From: an uncultured virus (IMG/VR IMGVR_UViG_3300024432_002033)
Taxonomy: Duplodnaviria > Heunggongvirae > Uroviricota > Caudoviricetes
Strand: one strand, 5' to 3'
Virus record (IMG/VR): IMGVR_UViG_3300024432_002033
Length of the DNA stretch: 64,000 bases
Positions 48,886 to 59,285 of this stretch are shown piece by piece. How positions within the stretch are numbered: position 1 is the first letter of the stretch; the number at the start of each line of letters is the position of its first letter. The notes under the pieces are model-generated. The model did not search any database and was not told where the DNA came from. It saw nothing but the letters and a program-made list of their open reading frames with translations. A program made the translations under genes and the position numbers.

Positions 48886-51800
48886 ATTCGAAGTTTGCCT
48901 TGACATCGTGAATGAATGGGGTTTTGGTTTCGGGTGGATCGTATTTACTAGCGGGGTCGGCTTTCTTGATGATTCGTGGTTTGTAGATCCATACTTTCTC
49001 GGCGTCGCCGATTTGATTTTGCCATTCTTCGTCACTCATCCCGTGCTCGCTACGCATCTCCGTCTTGACTTTGGCAGCGTCATAGGGACCCTCGGGGTAT
49101 CCTTCCACGTAGAGACCGAGGACATCGGTCTCGCTGAGGAGGTAGATAGCCTGTTTCGCATATTCCGAATAGGGCTTAGCCCGCACTATCATTATCCGTT
49201 TTCCCTCGAGCAGATCCTTGGCCACGGGGGTGGGATGTCTCGCCCCTGGGGCGGAGCCTCCTAAACTTATCTCGGCCCCATCGAAGAGTGCCTGGGCATT
49301 GGGCGCCATCTCTCGGAGGACATCGTCGAGGTCTGCGTGAGTCTTTCCTACGTGGCCTATCTGCGTGAAGTAGATCCGTGGGATCTCGGTTTCCTGCGCC
49401 CACTTGATCTGTTTCTCGATACTGGTATGACCGAAGGGAGTTTTCCCTCCACGTTTCTGCACGATCTCGCGTTTCAGCGAGGCCCCGTCTCCAATGAATA
49501 TGTCGACGTCCTTGAGCACCTTCTTATAGTTGGGGATCCTGTAGACATCGCTACAATGCCAGAGGACCTTGGAGCCCATATTGATCCTGAAGCCGAGGGC
49601 CTTCGGATCTCCGGGTTTCGCGTGCTGTACCTTCACGCCCTTCACCGTAAAGGGTCCCAACCGGAAAGGTCGATCTTTGATAACGTATCGCTTGAAGGGA
49701 TAGATATCCTCGAATCTGCCCTTCTCGCCACTTAAATCTCTATAGTGCCTCCTTAGGTAATCCCATGCCGGCTTCGTTGCGAAGACCACGGGATTCAGTG
49801 GCCTTAGCTCGTGAAGGCCTCCCATGACATCGTCGTGCACATGCTCGAGCAGGACGTAATTTGGCTTGACCTTCTTCAGACCAAGCATTCCAGATATGCC
49901 CTTTGGAGCGTTAACGAGCAGGTGCTCATTTCCGATGCTGAGGAGCGTCGCCGTGTGGTTGCGCTTGCTCTTTCCACCCGCTCTGGCCTCCTTGCACTGG
50001 GGGCAATCGTCCCTCGGTATGTCGGTAAATGCTCCTGTGCCAAGGGCGGTTATGGTGGCGCGACCCCCAAACTTCCTGACCTGATCATCCCTTATCATGC
50101 GGAGCTGACGGGCCTCCTCGAGGCTTCTTCTGGGGATATCCGCTTTTTCCATCCACATTTCTACAGTGCTGCGTGGGCGGCCTATTTCATCGGCTAGATC
50201 TTGGGTACTCCTGCCTATCCTCCAGTATTCCTGGTTTAGGTACTCCTCGAGGGGTAGGCCGAATTTGAAAACTTGTCCGGGCGAGACCTTGATCTGACCC
50301 ATGACAGCTGCGTCGATGTTGCAGGTGGCGCAGGCTCCCTTTGGCACTGCGCTCAGGCCAATGCACTTCCCGCCGATGACGTGATCATGTTTGTGCTCGG
50401 CATCCCATATGGTTTCGGGTATGACCTCGATGCTGAAGTCGGGGAGCTTCTTCTCGAGTATGAGCTTGATTCCCATCGGATGCCAGATGATCCCCTGATC
50501 TATGACGCCCCAGCCCTTCCCCTCGTCGTAATGAAGTTTGTTGACGAAGCCAATCACGTCGCCCTTCAGGTCGCCGTGCATAGCCACGATCGGCTGTCTG
50601 TGCATGGAGGGCCAGAATTTCTTTATACCACTGGCGGTGAAATAGGCGGGCTTGCCGTCCATGCCTATGACCTCACCCGGCTTGATGCCCACGCCACCAA
50701 TGAATAGGAGCTCCCCGACAAGCTTGGAGCTAATGTCTGCGGCTGCGAGATGTATAATATTTGGCGAGCTGAGAAGCATCTCTTTCTTTGGTTTCGGTAG
50801 CTCCGACTTCTGGAAGATCCACATTTCACCGCTTGGATCTTCCTTCATGAAGACGTAGAGGCCCTTCAGTCTCTTGCCGTCTAGCTTGGATCGGACGAAG
50901 TTATTGCTATCAGCTATGATCTGAACGCTACCCGAGTCGCTGGTATCAAAGTGGTTTTTCAATCGCTTCGTTAGGCTGGCTGGGTGGCCGGCGGGTATAT
51001 CTCCTGTAGTCGCTATCAGATCCTCAAGCCCTCGTCCGCTCTTTCTCCTAGCAGTTATCCGGTCTTCCTCAGTAGGATCGTGGCTCTGACCGAAGTCCCA
51101 TGCATCGAGCACTTTTTTCCCATCATGGATTATGATCCAGTATCGGACTATGGGGACTCCCCGCACCACTTCGGGGCCTTTGTGCCAAACTCGTTTGACG
51201 GCGAATCTCAGACCTCTCCGTAGTTTGATCGGGACCTGGCGTTTCCTCATCGCCTCGACGAGGTCGTCCCTCACTTTCTTGGAATTGAGTTTTTGCCAGT
51301 ACTGATATTCCTCAGGAATCTGTTGCCTGATCTCCTTCGGTATCGCCGATATTCCCTTCGGCGGCATCCAGCCCCTGTCCACGGCACGCTTCGATATAGT
51401 ATATGGTCTCTCCATCGGCTTGCCCCTGAAGGTCATCCATGCGAAGGGCTGCTTAATCTGCCACTTCGGCCTAGTCGCTAGGCGCCTAACGAAGAATCTT
51501 CCGTTGAGATGCTTGCCGTGGAGGAAGTACTCATGATAATACGTTTTCTGTGCGCCGTATTCGATTGTGCCCTCATCCATTATCACGAATTGGCCTTCGA
51601 GCTCCGCGGTGGCTCCGACTGCTCCCGCCGGGATCTCGCCTTCGTAATCCAGCCATTCATGAGGCTCCGGAGCCTTCCTCTGGGTGAGAATCTTCCTTTT
51701 TGGATCTTTGAGTATGGGTTCGACTTCCTCGCGCCAGAGTTCCCAGCACATCGTCCTCAGCTGTTTCGGGGTGAGGTCCTGGGTTTTCAGTGAGAGGGCC

Positions 51801-54800
51801 TTCCTGAGCTTCTTGCCCTCAGTGGTGGAATTCAGCTTTGCCGAAATTTCGCTGATCGTCATTGAGCCGATCTGCTGTTTCGTCAGTCCGACCTGGGCGA
51901 GGATTGCGGGCTTTACCCTTCTCAGCATCGGCTTTATGAGGCTCTTGCCGAGGTCCCATGTCCATCCGATCAATTGGGTCTTACTTATCTCTGCTCTGAA
52001 GTCCGCGTGAACGCTCAATCCCCTGATGTGGAACTGAAGGACGAATTTCCAAATCTTGTTCTCATCCGGGTAAGTGAGGTAAGGATCGCCAAGAAGCATC
52101 GGCTTCTCTAAATGTATGAGGGCGCCGCAGTCCAGTTTCAGATGAGGAATTGGTTTGCATCTAATTGAAGCGTAGAACGCTCTCAGCTCGCTAACATTGA
52201 CAGCGATCTCCGAGGGCAGATCCGGCTCTTCCAAGAACGCTGATGTCCCTCCCTCTATCGTAGCGCCCTCTTCGCAATGGAAGATCATGCCCTCCTCGAT
52301 CAGGCCCTCTAATAGCTCGCGGGTTATGCTCGTGCCAGTGATCGATTCTACGCCCTCTTCCCTGAGTTTCACCCAAGGGGACTCATTGTTGAGGAAATAG
52401 TCCCAGCCTCCTGCCTTCGAGAGGGCAATCCAAGATGACGAAGAGGAGGAGAGCGTCGATTCGAACCCATAGCGAGTGTCCACGAAGTAAGCCTGGGGCT
52501 CCGCCATCCGCTTCAAGCCCGTCTTTCGGATCGTCTCGGCGGTCCGGAGGGAATCTGGCGTCGTCTTATCCTCCCTGACTTCGAGGACTGAAGGGTGGAA
52601 CCAATGATAGACATTGGGGGCTATTTTCCGGATGTTAGCCACCTTCACGCGGAGAATGTCGCCGAGGCCCGCCTTCAACTTCGTGTTGAAGGTCTTCCCG
52701 AGGACGCTGTAGGTCTTGCCCTTGTATTTCACGAATTTCTTGCCCTTCGCCGTCTCAAGAGGTGCAGATTCGGCCTCCTTCACGCCACTGACTGGCCCTA
52801 TGGCGCAAATGTAATTCACGACATCGGGCGGTAGCTTGGGAGGCTTGATGATACCGACAACGATCGGATCTATTTCGAATGTCCTCTTCATCTTGGACCA
52901 CAGCGGGGTTCTTCCGCTGAGCCTGTACTTTGAATCTGCCTGTTTGTACATGGCACCCTCGCTGCCACGGACGTTGGCTACCTGATTCGAGGCCTTCACC
53001 ATCTGCTCCGCGCTGGTCGCCCAGTGGATGTTGTTTTCCCATAGGTGATTGCGGAAATCGTCCTTCTTCTTGGGTAAATCTCTAACGGGGAGCTCTACTC
53101 CTCGGAGCCGCTGTCTTCGCTCCTCATATGGAAGGTCGTGGATATCCTCTCCGTCAATGTACAGGAGGTCGAAGACATGGGCAACCCAGAGGCTGTCGTC
53201 AACGGGTTTCTTAGCTCCCTTCGCGAAGGCCGGTGCCGCGAGGGCGGGGGCTGCGCCGGGTCTTCCGAGGGTGCGAAGTTCCTCGTCGTAGGGTGTTATC
53301 TCCGAGTCGAAAACTGCTTCCTTGACGGGCAGACTTTTGACGGAGGCTGTGATTCCAGGAATCCTCTCCTCGACGGAATGTCCACCTTCCGTGAAGATCT
53401 TTACTTCGTCGCCTTTCCTGTGAATCTGGACTCGGAAACCGTCGAATTTCACCTCAATAGCCTGCTTGTTGGGTACCTTGAAGATGCCTTTGGCTAGGGC
53501 AGGCACTGACTTTAGACCGAAGACCTCGCGCTCGGCGTAGCCCTTCTTGGTTGTCTTGAGCTGGGCGAAGGGATACAGGACATCGACACGCTTACGCTTC
53601 GTCATAAGCTTGAAGCGAGTATCAGCCTTCATATCCTCCCATTCGCCGGAATCAACTAGTTTCTTTATCTCCTCATCGGAACCTGCGGTGAGTTCCAGTT
53701 TCTCCACATTGAAAAGATTCCAATTGGGCTCATCTGAAACCATGTAATGTGAGGATCCCGGGATTACAATATAGTCGCGATCTCCGCCCCGAAGGAAGTC
53801 AACTGTGTCCCGTCTGTCGTTGAAGAATCGGTATAGGGATGGTCTGAGGTGGGGGCTCTCGGGCAACTTTAGCATAAAGACGCGCCGGGTTTCCGCTGAT
53901 AACTGGATCAGCTCTGTGCCCCGCCACCAGGGCATATCAATCATGTGGAATACCGGTCGATCATCGACTTTAGAAAGAAAGCCGTCGATTATGAAGGATT
54001 TCGGATCTTCTATGGATCCAACGGCTTCGATTACCGGATCGGGGAGGGCATACTCATCGCCGTCCTTGTCGAACGCGGTGACTTCGGGTCCGTCACGGTG
54101 AATTGCTAACCTCACGCCCCTGATCGGCTCGATAAAATAGGTATCCTCGGCCAGATCGCAAACGTCATCCAGGCTCGTGGCCGTTGGCAATGGGAAACCC
54201 GCGAGGGGACTGAGCTTGTATTCCGGCTGCTTCACCGAGAGATCTTTCTTCGGGATCGCCCACAGCTCATATCCGGGTATATAGGGTCCAGTGGGGCCGA
54301 TCTTCGACCATATGATGCTATGCTTATCCCTCAGCTCCAGGGGCATCGTACTGAGATAGTTATCATCCCATACGCCTACTCCGCCACTGCGGAAAACCAC
54401 ATCCACATCTCGGGGTGCCTGCTTATCGGATACGGAGCTTCCGACGTAGTCGATGAATTCAGGATCAATCAGGAAGGCCTTTCGGCTCTTAAGGACCTCC
54501 TGGAAGGTTGGGCTCATCAGCTGCATGACGCTGAATGCAAGGGGGCTCTTATGGTCGAGACCACGCCGACCAAATTCCTCTACATAGATTTTATGGAGTT
54601 TTTCGAGTTGCTCGCGGCTCAAGAAGAGCTTCTTTTTGTCCACGAGAGCCTTCGCCCACAAGTGGATCCACCGATGATCGTCGATGATGGACGAATCTGA
54701 ATCTTTTCTGATCGTTGCAGGCGTCTTCAGGATGGCGTTTGCATGTTGCTTGGTAAGCAACCTCAGGACAGGCATGAGTGCTTTTGAGCCAAATTTAAGG

Positions 54801-55213
54801 GGGGTATTATGTTTGAGGCCGCGTTCCTTGAATTCACTGACATAAATGCTGTGAAGGGTTCTCAATTGACGCCTCGAGAGCGGGGGCTTCTCGGCTTTGA
54901 CCCACGCATGGGTCCATCTGTGATCGTCGACGACCCGGTCCCTCGAATCACTTTTCAAGAGCTCGGGGTTATCGAGGAGATTCAATGCATGTTCCTCGGT
55001 GAGAAGGCTCATGATACCCGTCGTCTCACCCAGATAGAGGGCGAAGAGAGCTTCCTCGTTGCCCGCAAACATGGAGATTGAGGGATCCTCACCCTCGATC
55101 TTCTCCTCAATCCATTTGCAATAGGCATGTGGATCTGTGGGGGGGTTCTTCCTGTGGCTAACCACTCTGACGCAGTGTGAATGACTCTTATACGGTCCAA
55201 ACGGCATTATCAT
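48884..55213 (-). CDS. polyprotein: NTase-like, ATP-dependent DNA ligase, LigD-type phosphoesterase, prohead protease, HTH, MBL hydrolase, ASCH-like
   Basis: VGSS..DVDV; EVKFDGFR, FDLLY, EGAMYK, WSKMK; FVLQFH..HADFR; AMHG..FSIE..GLSAV..GA; HVHDD, SDVY, GHTS. Confidence 0.85.
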   Translation of the reverse strand: MIMPFGPYKSHSHCVRVVSHRKNPPTDPHAYCKWIEEKIEGEDPSISMFAGNEEALFALYLGETTGIMSLLTEEHALNLLDNPELLKSDSRDRVVDDHRWTHAWVKAEKPPLSRRQLRTLHSIYVSEFKERGLKHNTPLKFGSKALMPVLRLLTKQHANAILKTPATIRKDSDSSIIDDHRWIHLWAKALVDKKKLFLSREQLEKLHKIYVEEFGRRGLDHKSPLAFSVMQLMSPTFQEVLKSRKAFLIDPEFIDYVGSSVSDKQAPRDVDVVFRSGGVGVWDDNYLSTMPLELRDKHSIIWSKIGPTGPYIPGYELWAIPKKDLSVKQPEYKLSPLAGFPLPTATSLDDVCDLAEDTYFIEPIRGVRLAIHRDGPEVTAFDKDGDEYALPDPVIEAVGSIEDPKSFIIDGFLSKVDDRPVFHMIDMPWWRGTELIQLSAETRRVFMLKLPESPHLRPSLYRFFNDRRDTVDFLRGGDRDYIVIPGSSHYMVSDEPNWNLFNVEKLELTAGSDEEIKKLVDSGEWEDMKADTRFKLMTKRKRVDVLYPFAQLKTTKKGYAEREVFGLKSVPALAKGIFKVPNKQAIEVKFDGFRVQIHRKGDEVKIFTEGGHSVEERIPGITASVKSLPVKEAVFDSEITPYDEELRTLGRPGAAPALAAPAFAKGAKKPVDDSLWVAHVFDLLYIDGEDIHDLPYEERRQRLRGVELPVRDLPKKKDDFRNHLWENNIHWATSAEQMVKASNQVANVRGSEGAMYKQADSKYRLSGRTPLWSKMKRTFEIDPIVVGIIKPPKLPPDVVNYICAIGPVSGVKEAESAPLETAKGKKFVKYKGKTYSVLGKTFNTKLKAGLGDILRVKVANIRKIAPNVYHWFHPSVLEVREDKTTPDSLRTAETIRKTGLKRMAEPQAYFVDTRYGFESTLSSSSSSWIALSKAGGWDYFLNNESPWVKLREEGVESITGTSITRELLEGLIEEGMIFHCEEGATIEGGTSAFLEEPDLPSEIAVNVSELRAFYASIRCKPIPHLKLDCGALIHLEKPMLLGDPYLTYPDENKIWKFVLQFHIRGLSVHADFRAEISKTQLIGWTWDLGKSLIKPMLRRVKPAILAQVGLTKQQIGSMTISEISAKLNSTTEGKKLRKALSLKTQDLTPKQLRTMCWELWREEVEPILKDPKRKILTQRKAPEPHEWLDYEGEIPAGAVGATAELEGQFVIMDEGTIEYGAQKTYYHEYFLHGKHLNGRFFVRRLATRPKWQIKQPFAWMTFRGKPMERPYTISKRAVDRGWMPPKGISAIPKEIRQQIPEEYQYWQKLNSKKVRDDLVEAMRKRQVPIKLRRGLRFAVKRVWHKGPEVVRGVPIVRYWIIIHDGKKVLDAWDFGQSHDPTEEDRITARRKSGRGLEDLIATTGDIPAGHPASLTKRLKNHFDTSDSGSVQIIADSNNFVRSKLDGKRLKGLYVFMKEDPSGEMWIFQKSELPKPKKEMLLSSPNIIHLAAADISSKLVGELLFIGGVGIKPGEVIGMDGKPAYFTASGIKKFWPSMHRQPIVAMHGDLKGDVIGFVNKLHYDEGKGWGVIDQGIIWHPMGIKLILEKKLPDFSIEVIPETIWDAEHKHDHVIGGKCIGLSAVPKGACATCNIDAAVMGQIKVSPGQVFKFGLPLEEYLNQEYWRIGRSTQDLADEIGRPRSTVEMWMEKADIPRRSLEEARQLRMIRDDQVRKFGGRATITALGTGAFTDIPRDDCPQCKEARAGGKSKRNHTATLLSIGNEHLLVNAPKGISGMLGLKKVKPNYVLLEHVHDDVMGGLHELRPLNPVVFATKPAWDYLRRHYRDLSGEKGRFEDIYPFKRYVIKDRPFRLGPFTVKGVKVQHAKPGDPKALGFRINMGSKVLWHCSDVYRIPNYKKVLKDVDIFIGDGASLKREIVQKRGGKTPFGHTSIEKQIKWAQETEIPRIYFTQIGHVGKTHADLDDVLREMAPNAQALFDGAEISLGGSAPGARHPTPVAKDLLEGKRIMIVRAKPYSEYAKQAIYLLSETDVLGLYVEGYPEGPYDAAKVKTEMRSEHGMSDEEWQNQIGDAEKVWIYKPRIIKKADPASKYDPPETKTPFIHDVKANFE

Positions 55214-56871
55214 TCCTCCATATTATTCGAATTTGAATCCAGGACGACCCGCTTTATGTATACTCGAACACCTTCGGGGGTGTCGTAATCTAACGGTGGG
55301 TCGAATCTCTTCACGATCTTAGGCTGCCAGACCCAGAATTGGGTTGTCTCCGGCCACCAAGCATCCCATTCTGATGAGGAAATCCTGTGAAGGTTACGAT
55401 ATTTTTCCCGCACGCGACTAGTGAGGGGCCCCTCCGCCTCGCCTTCAACCATGATCCCGTGGATCCCATCCTCGCCCACTATGTGGATCTGCTGGTCGCT
55501 GTATTTTCCGTATGGCTTCGTCCCGACGATGATCTTCTTATGCCCACTTGCCAGCCATTCCGCGTGTTTACCGGCTAGGCATCGGCCTGGCAGCGGGACC
55601 ATCATTTTCTTGATCTCCTTCAAGGGGAAGCCGAGCTCATCTCTTATCCAGGTCTCATCCGGTGAGACGATCCCCTTGTCTATGGATTCCATTATCGTAC
55701 TCCGGATCGCGGCCATGTCCATGGTAGTAAGAGGCGCAAAGGTGAGCTTCGGAGGGATTTCAAGCTCCCAGTTTAATCCGGCCACGAATGCGAGCATCTG
55801 GTTGAGAACGTCGGTCAGCTCAAGTCTGAAATCCTCGAAGCGCATGAGAATTATGTCGAAAGGTACTTTGGGTCCATAGACACCCCCGCCACCCTCGAAG
55901 AGCTTCTGGCCTATGAGCATGCGCCGCAAGATCATTTCGTCCTGGTATCGGATGTAGCCGTCATAGGGCATTTGCCTGCGCCTCGATTCGATGACCTCGA
56001 TTGCGGTGGGATCTTTTTCATGTCGTTTCAGAAGGACGCCCTGGCTTCGGGCATAGAGATGCTCTATGGTATCGAGTACATTATCCATATCTCCCGGCGT
56101 GGGCGCGATTCCCAAGAGAATGGGGCTTCCAAACCTCTCATAACCAATGTTGGCGAATTTGAGCATGGCGTCCTTAATAAACCAATTTTTGTAACACGCG
56201 TTCAGGAGTGATTGACCATACCAATTACCGAATTCGCTGTTATGACTCCAAATCAGCATCCGATCTAGGGGCAGATCTATTCTGCTTCCGCCTATGCGCT
56301 CCTCTATTTTCTTCAAGTTTCCAAATGGATCGCTGAAGAATTTGATATATTCTGGATTGAGCGTTTTCAAACCATTTGAGGTTCGAATGAGCCATTTCCC
56401 CTTATAATCCTCGAAGACAATCTCGGTCACGCTGAATCCATAGGAAATGGCGCTGATCATCCCCTTCATGGCATTTCTGAAGCTTGGATAGATGAGTCCG
56501 TCAAGATTTCTTGTGAGCGTCTCCACGACTTCCTTGTCAGGATGCCGGATTTTCCAGGGCTTCATAAGCACGCCCATCACTATGAGATCGAAGCCGGCTC
56601 TTACCTGGGCGTCATTCAACATCTTCGCGTATTCTGAGAAATCAATGAGGTCTGGGTTCATATCCCCGACCGCTAGGTAAGCCCATTGGTCGCCCTTGTA
56701 GAGCCCCACGTCCTGGGTCAGTTTGTCTCGTTGCTGTGTGACGCGCTGAAGTCTGAGCGCTAAATCAGTGTAATTATCCAGTGCCTCGGTCATGCCGGGG
56801 AACAGTAGCTTGGCTGCCCTTTCCCGCGCCGATCGGAGGATGGATACTCTCGGCTGATCTATTTCTCCCAT
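55210..56871 (-). CDS. portal protein (DUF935-like) with C-terminal ASCH-like extension
   Basis: YGFSVTEI, YGQSLL...ERFGSP; directly after terminase. Confidence 0.85.
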   Translation of the reverse strand: MGEIDQPRVSILRSARERAAKLLFPGMTEALDNYTDLALRLQRVTQQRDKLTQDVGLYKGDQWAYLAVGDMNPDLIDFSEYAKMLNDAQVRAGFDLIVMGVLMKPWKIRHPDKEVVETLTRNLDGLIYPSFRNAMKGMISAISYGFSVTEIVFEDYKGKWLIRTSNGLKTLNPEYIKFFSDPFGNLKKIEERIGGSRIDLPLDRMLIWSHNSEFGNWYGQSLLNACYKNWFIKDAMLKFANIGYERFGSPILLGIAPTPGDMDNVLDTIEHLYARSQGVLLKRHEKDPTAIEVIESRRRQMPYDGYIRYQDEMILRRMLIGQKLFEGGGGVYGPKVPFDIILMRFEDFRLELTDVLNQMLAFVAGLNWELEIPPKLTFAPLTTMDMAAIRSTIMESIDKGIVSPDETWIRDELGFPLKEIKKMMVPLPGRCLAGKHAEWLASGHKKIIVGTKPYGKYSDQQIHIVGEDGIHGIMVEGEAEGPLTSRVREKYRNLHRISSSEWDAWWPETTQFWVWQPKIVKRFDPPLDYDTPEGVRVYIKRVVLDSNSNNMEE

Positions 56872-58427
56872 GGTAAACGGGTCAACTCCTCTTTTCTATT
56901 CCGCCAGCTGATCGGCATCCACGCATTGCCCTCAGATCGGAAGGATTCCCAATCCGTCGCTGGAGATTTTGGGGTCGTTTCCGGTCTGGGCGCTCGAGCG
57001 GCTCTCCTCGATTCCTCATAATAGATCGGATCCCATCCGCCTAGTAGGAGAAGGAACCCGTCAACTGCGTGATCGAATTTTTTGACGGGCTTTCCGTCCG
57101 CGCCTCGGCGATACGCGAGTATCTGACTTTTAAGAGGCGCGAAATCCGGGGTATCTGGGATTGTGATCATGTCATTTTGAAGCCAATAATATGTGACCCC
57201 GATCAGCCACTCCTTTCCCTCGGTTTTACTCTGGAAGGCGCGACGCATCACTCGTAGACCGCGGTCTTCAAGTTCCCTGTTTTCAAAAGCTCCGGCGGCG
57301 TCGCAGTGCCATTCGAAGATATTATATTTTTTCCAGTCCTCTTCAGCGCGATTAGACCAATCTGTAGCGCTCGTATTATTCTCGATCAGGAGCTTCATCA
57401 CGACGATCTTCTTATTGGTCCCTCGATAGCCCTCGATCATAGCCGTGTCATGATCGAAACCCCAATCAAACGCTCCTTTGGATTCGCCCCTGAACTCTAG
57501 ATTTTCAGGATCATAGGGGGTCCCGTCTATGAGGAAGCCCGGATTATTGGGATCGGGGGCTTTGAATGCCCTTCTTATGAGGGTCTTGGGAAAAATTCGT
57601 CCCGCTCCGCGGGGAAGTGTTCCCACGTATTGAGTGCGAAACATTTCGTCGCTGAGGAAGAGTTGGGCGATCTCCGAGTCCCTCTTGGCTGTATCGGTCT
57701 GTAGGAAAGGGCAGTCCTTCGCGAGCCATTCGAATTTCTCGAACCCCCATTTCTTGGCATCGTCTAAAATATCGAGAAAGGATTCGGTGCCCTCTTTTCC
57801 TGGCACCGCAGTGCTGAGGAGGAAACGTCTTGGATCCTCGCTTCCACGGATCATGGGCCACGCCTCCTCCCTGATCCCCATGGGAATGAGGACGTATTCA
57901 TCCATCAGAAGCGCATCCGCGGTCGGAGCGTTGACCTGCTTAGAGCTTGCAGCACTATACCTTATCCACCCTCCAGCCTTGTACAGGGTCCTAGTCTTCA
58001 TTGGCTCCCCAGACAGGAACTGGGAGAAGAAATCCCGCGTGGCTTTTCCCTCAGGCCCGGAGGGCCAGAGGATCTTCCTGCAGTAATCGTAGAGCCATTC
58101 AGCCTGAATTTGGCTGCCGGAGAGGATGAAGACCCGGTATCGTTGATCCCTCAGCGTGAGCCATACTGCTATGATAGCGACACAGATTGTTTTCCCACCT
58201 TTTCGGGGAGCCCTTATAACGAAGTACCTCTTTCCGTCCTGCACCGCCTTGAATAATTTGAGCTGTTGGGGCGAGGCCTTATCCAAGTCGAAGAGTCGTC
58301 TCGGGACGAAATGGCGGATGAAGGCGAGAATGTTCTTGAGGGATTTCTGCCACTGAAGGTCATTAATCAGGGTCTGACCTTGGATCTTGAACTTATCAAG
58401 TTCCCTGAGAAGCGCTCCTCTTTGCAA
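56859..58427 (-). CDS. terL: terminase large subunit
   Basis: APRKGGKT, LLMDE, FLLST, DWGF, DHAVDG. Confidence 0.92.
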   Translation of the reverse strand: MQRGALLRELDKFKIQGQTLINDLQWQKSLKNILAFIRHFVPRRLFDLDKASPQQLKLFKAVQDGKRYFVIRAPRKGGKTICVAIIAVWLTLRDQRYRVFILSGSQIQAEWLYDYCRKILWPSGPEGKATRDFFSQFLSGEPMKTRTLYKAGGWIRYSAASSKQVNAPTADALLMDEYVLIPMGIREEAWPMIRGSEDPRRFLLSTAVPGKEGTESFLDILDDAKKWGFEKFEWLAKDCPFLQTDTAKRDSEIAQLFLSDEMFRTQYVGTLPRGAGRIFPKTLIRRAFKAPDPNNPGFLIDGTPYDPENLEFRGESKGAFDWGFDHDTAMIEGYRGTNKKIVVMKLLIENNTSATDWSNRAEEDWKKYNIFEWHCDAAGAFENRELEDRGLRVMRRAFQSKTEGKEWLIGVTYYWLQNDMITIPDTPDFAPLKSQILAYRRGADGKPVKKFDHAVDGFLLLLGGWDPIYYEESRRAARAPRPETTPKSPATDWESFRSEGNAWMPISWRNRKEELTRLPWEK

Positions 58428-58459
58428 GGCCTGTTCGAATTAAGAATAAGCTAACAACG

Positions 58460-58486
58460 ATAAAAAGAGTTTAGGTTAGCGTAACC
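58460..58486 (-). promoter_or_regulatory. operator B plus TATA upstream of terminase
   Basis: minus strand GGTTA-CGCTAACCT-AAACT-CTTTTTA. Confidence 0.65.
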
Positions 58487-58541
58487 GTTTTTACTTGGTG
58501 CGACCCCCTCCCCGTCCTATTCTCGTTTGTGGCTGATCCGG

Positions 58542-58826
58542 TCAATACTCTTCTTTGATACCCAGGAGATCGAGATATATCTTAAATATGGCCTTAGTAT
58601 CATCACTGAATCCCTCCGCTTCTACAGCCGCTATGAAATCGGCGAATGAGGATCTCCCGCGATCAAGGGTCAAATCCATTACTATCTCATTCAACTTATC
58701 CCTGTCTTCGAGCGTGTCTTCCGCTGTAAGCGCGATCTGCTGTGATATAAGAGAAAGGATAATGTACCTGTTTATGAGATTCTGACGCTCAACCATCTGC
58801 CCTATTCCAAAGCGATCTCTACTCAC
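58542..58826 (-). CDS. hypothetical helical protein
   Basis: 94-aa ORF upstream of terL. Confidence 0.55.
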   Translation of the reverse strand: MSRDRFGIGQMVERQNLINRYIILSLISQQIALTAEDTLEDRDKLNEIVMDLTLDRGRSSFADFIAAVEAEGFSDDTKAIFKIYLDLLGIKEEY

Positions 58827-58860
58827 CTGAAATCGCCCTTCCTGTCACGAACATGTTGAT

Positions 58861-58931
58861 CAATAAAACGGGTTTGGGTTCCCGAACTCCCCTTTTAAAT
58901 TTTACGCCGGTTTGGTTCGTATCTGCGAACC
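58861..58931 (-). promoter_or_regulatory. promoter repeat A, copy 5
   Basis: GGTTCGCAGATACGAACCAAACCGGCGTAAAATTTAAAAGGGGAGTTCGG. Confidence 0.8.
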
Positions 58932-59285
58932 AGTTAACCCTTTTTTTTCAAGCTTCGGTCCGCGCGTATCTACACGTCTGCGATTAATCTCTTGTGTTGA
59001 CTTTTGGCCTCGTATTCGTTGTTTCGAGGGCAGAGATAAAGTCCTATCTTCGCCTCCCCGTCGGGCTCAAGGTGCTTCGGACACCTGAATTTACAGAGCA
59101 ACGCATCGCAGACATGGTTTTTGCCAAGAGCGAAGCTACAACCAGATAAATCGACGACGGTCCCGAAGCCCGAGATACGGGCCCTCCATGGCTCTCTCTC
59201 CCCCGGCAATCTGCACCTCTCCAGTCGCAACACGCAGAGTATGGAACGCGGTCTATATTATCTTGTCGGTTGGTGAAAAAAGGGA

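Noticed and set aside
58542..58826. Terminase small subunit call
   Set aside because: Position fits but no recognisable motif, and terL has its own promoter
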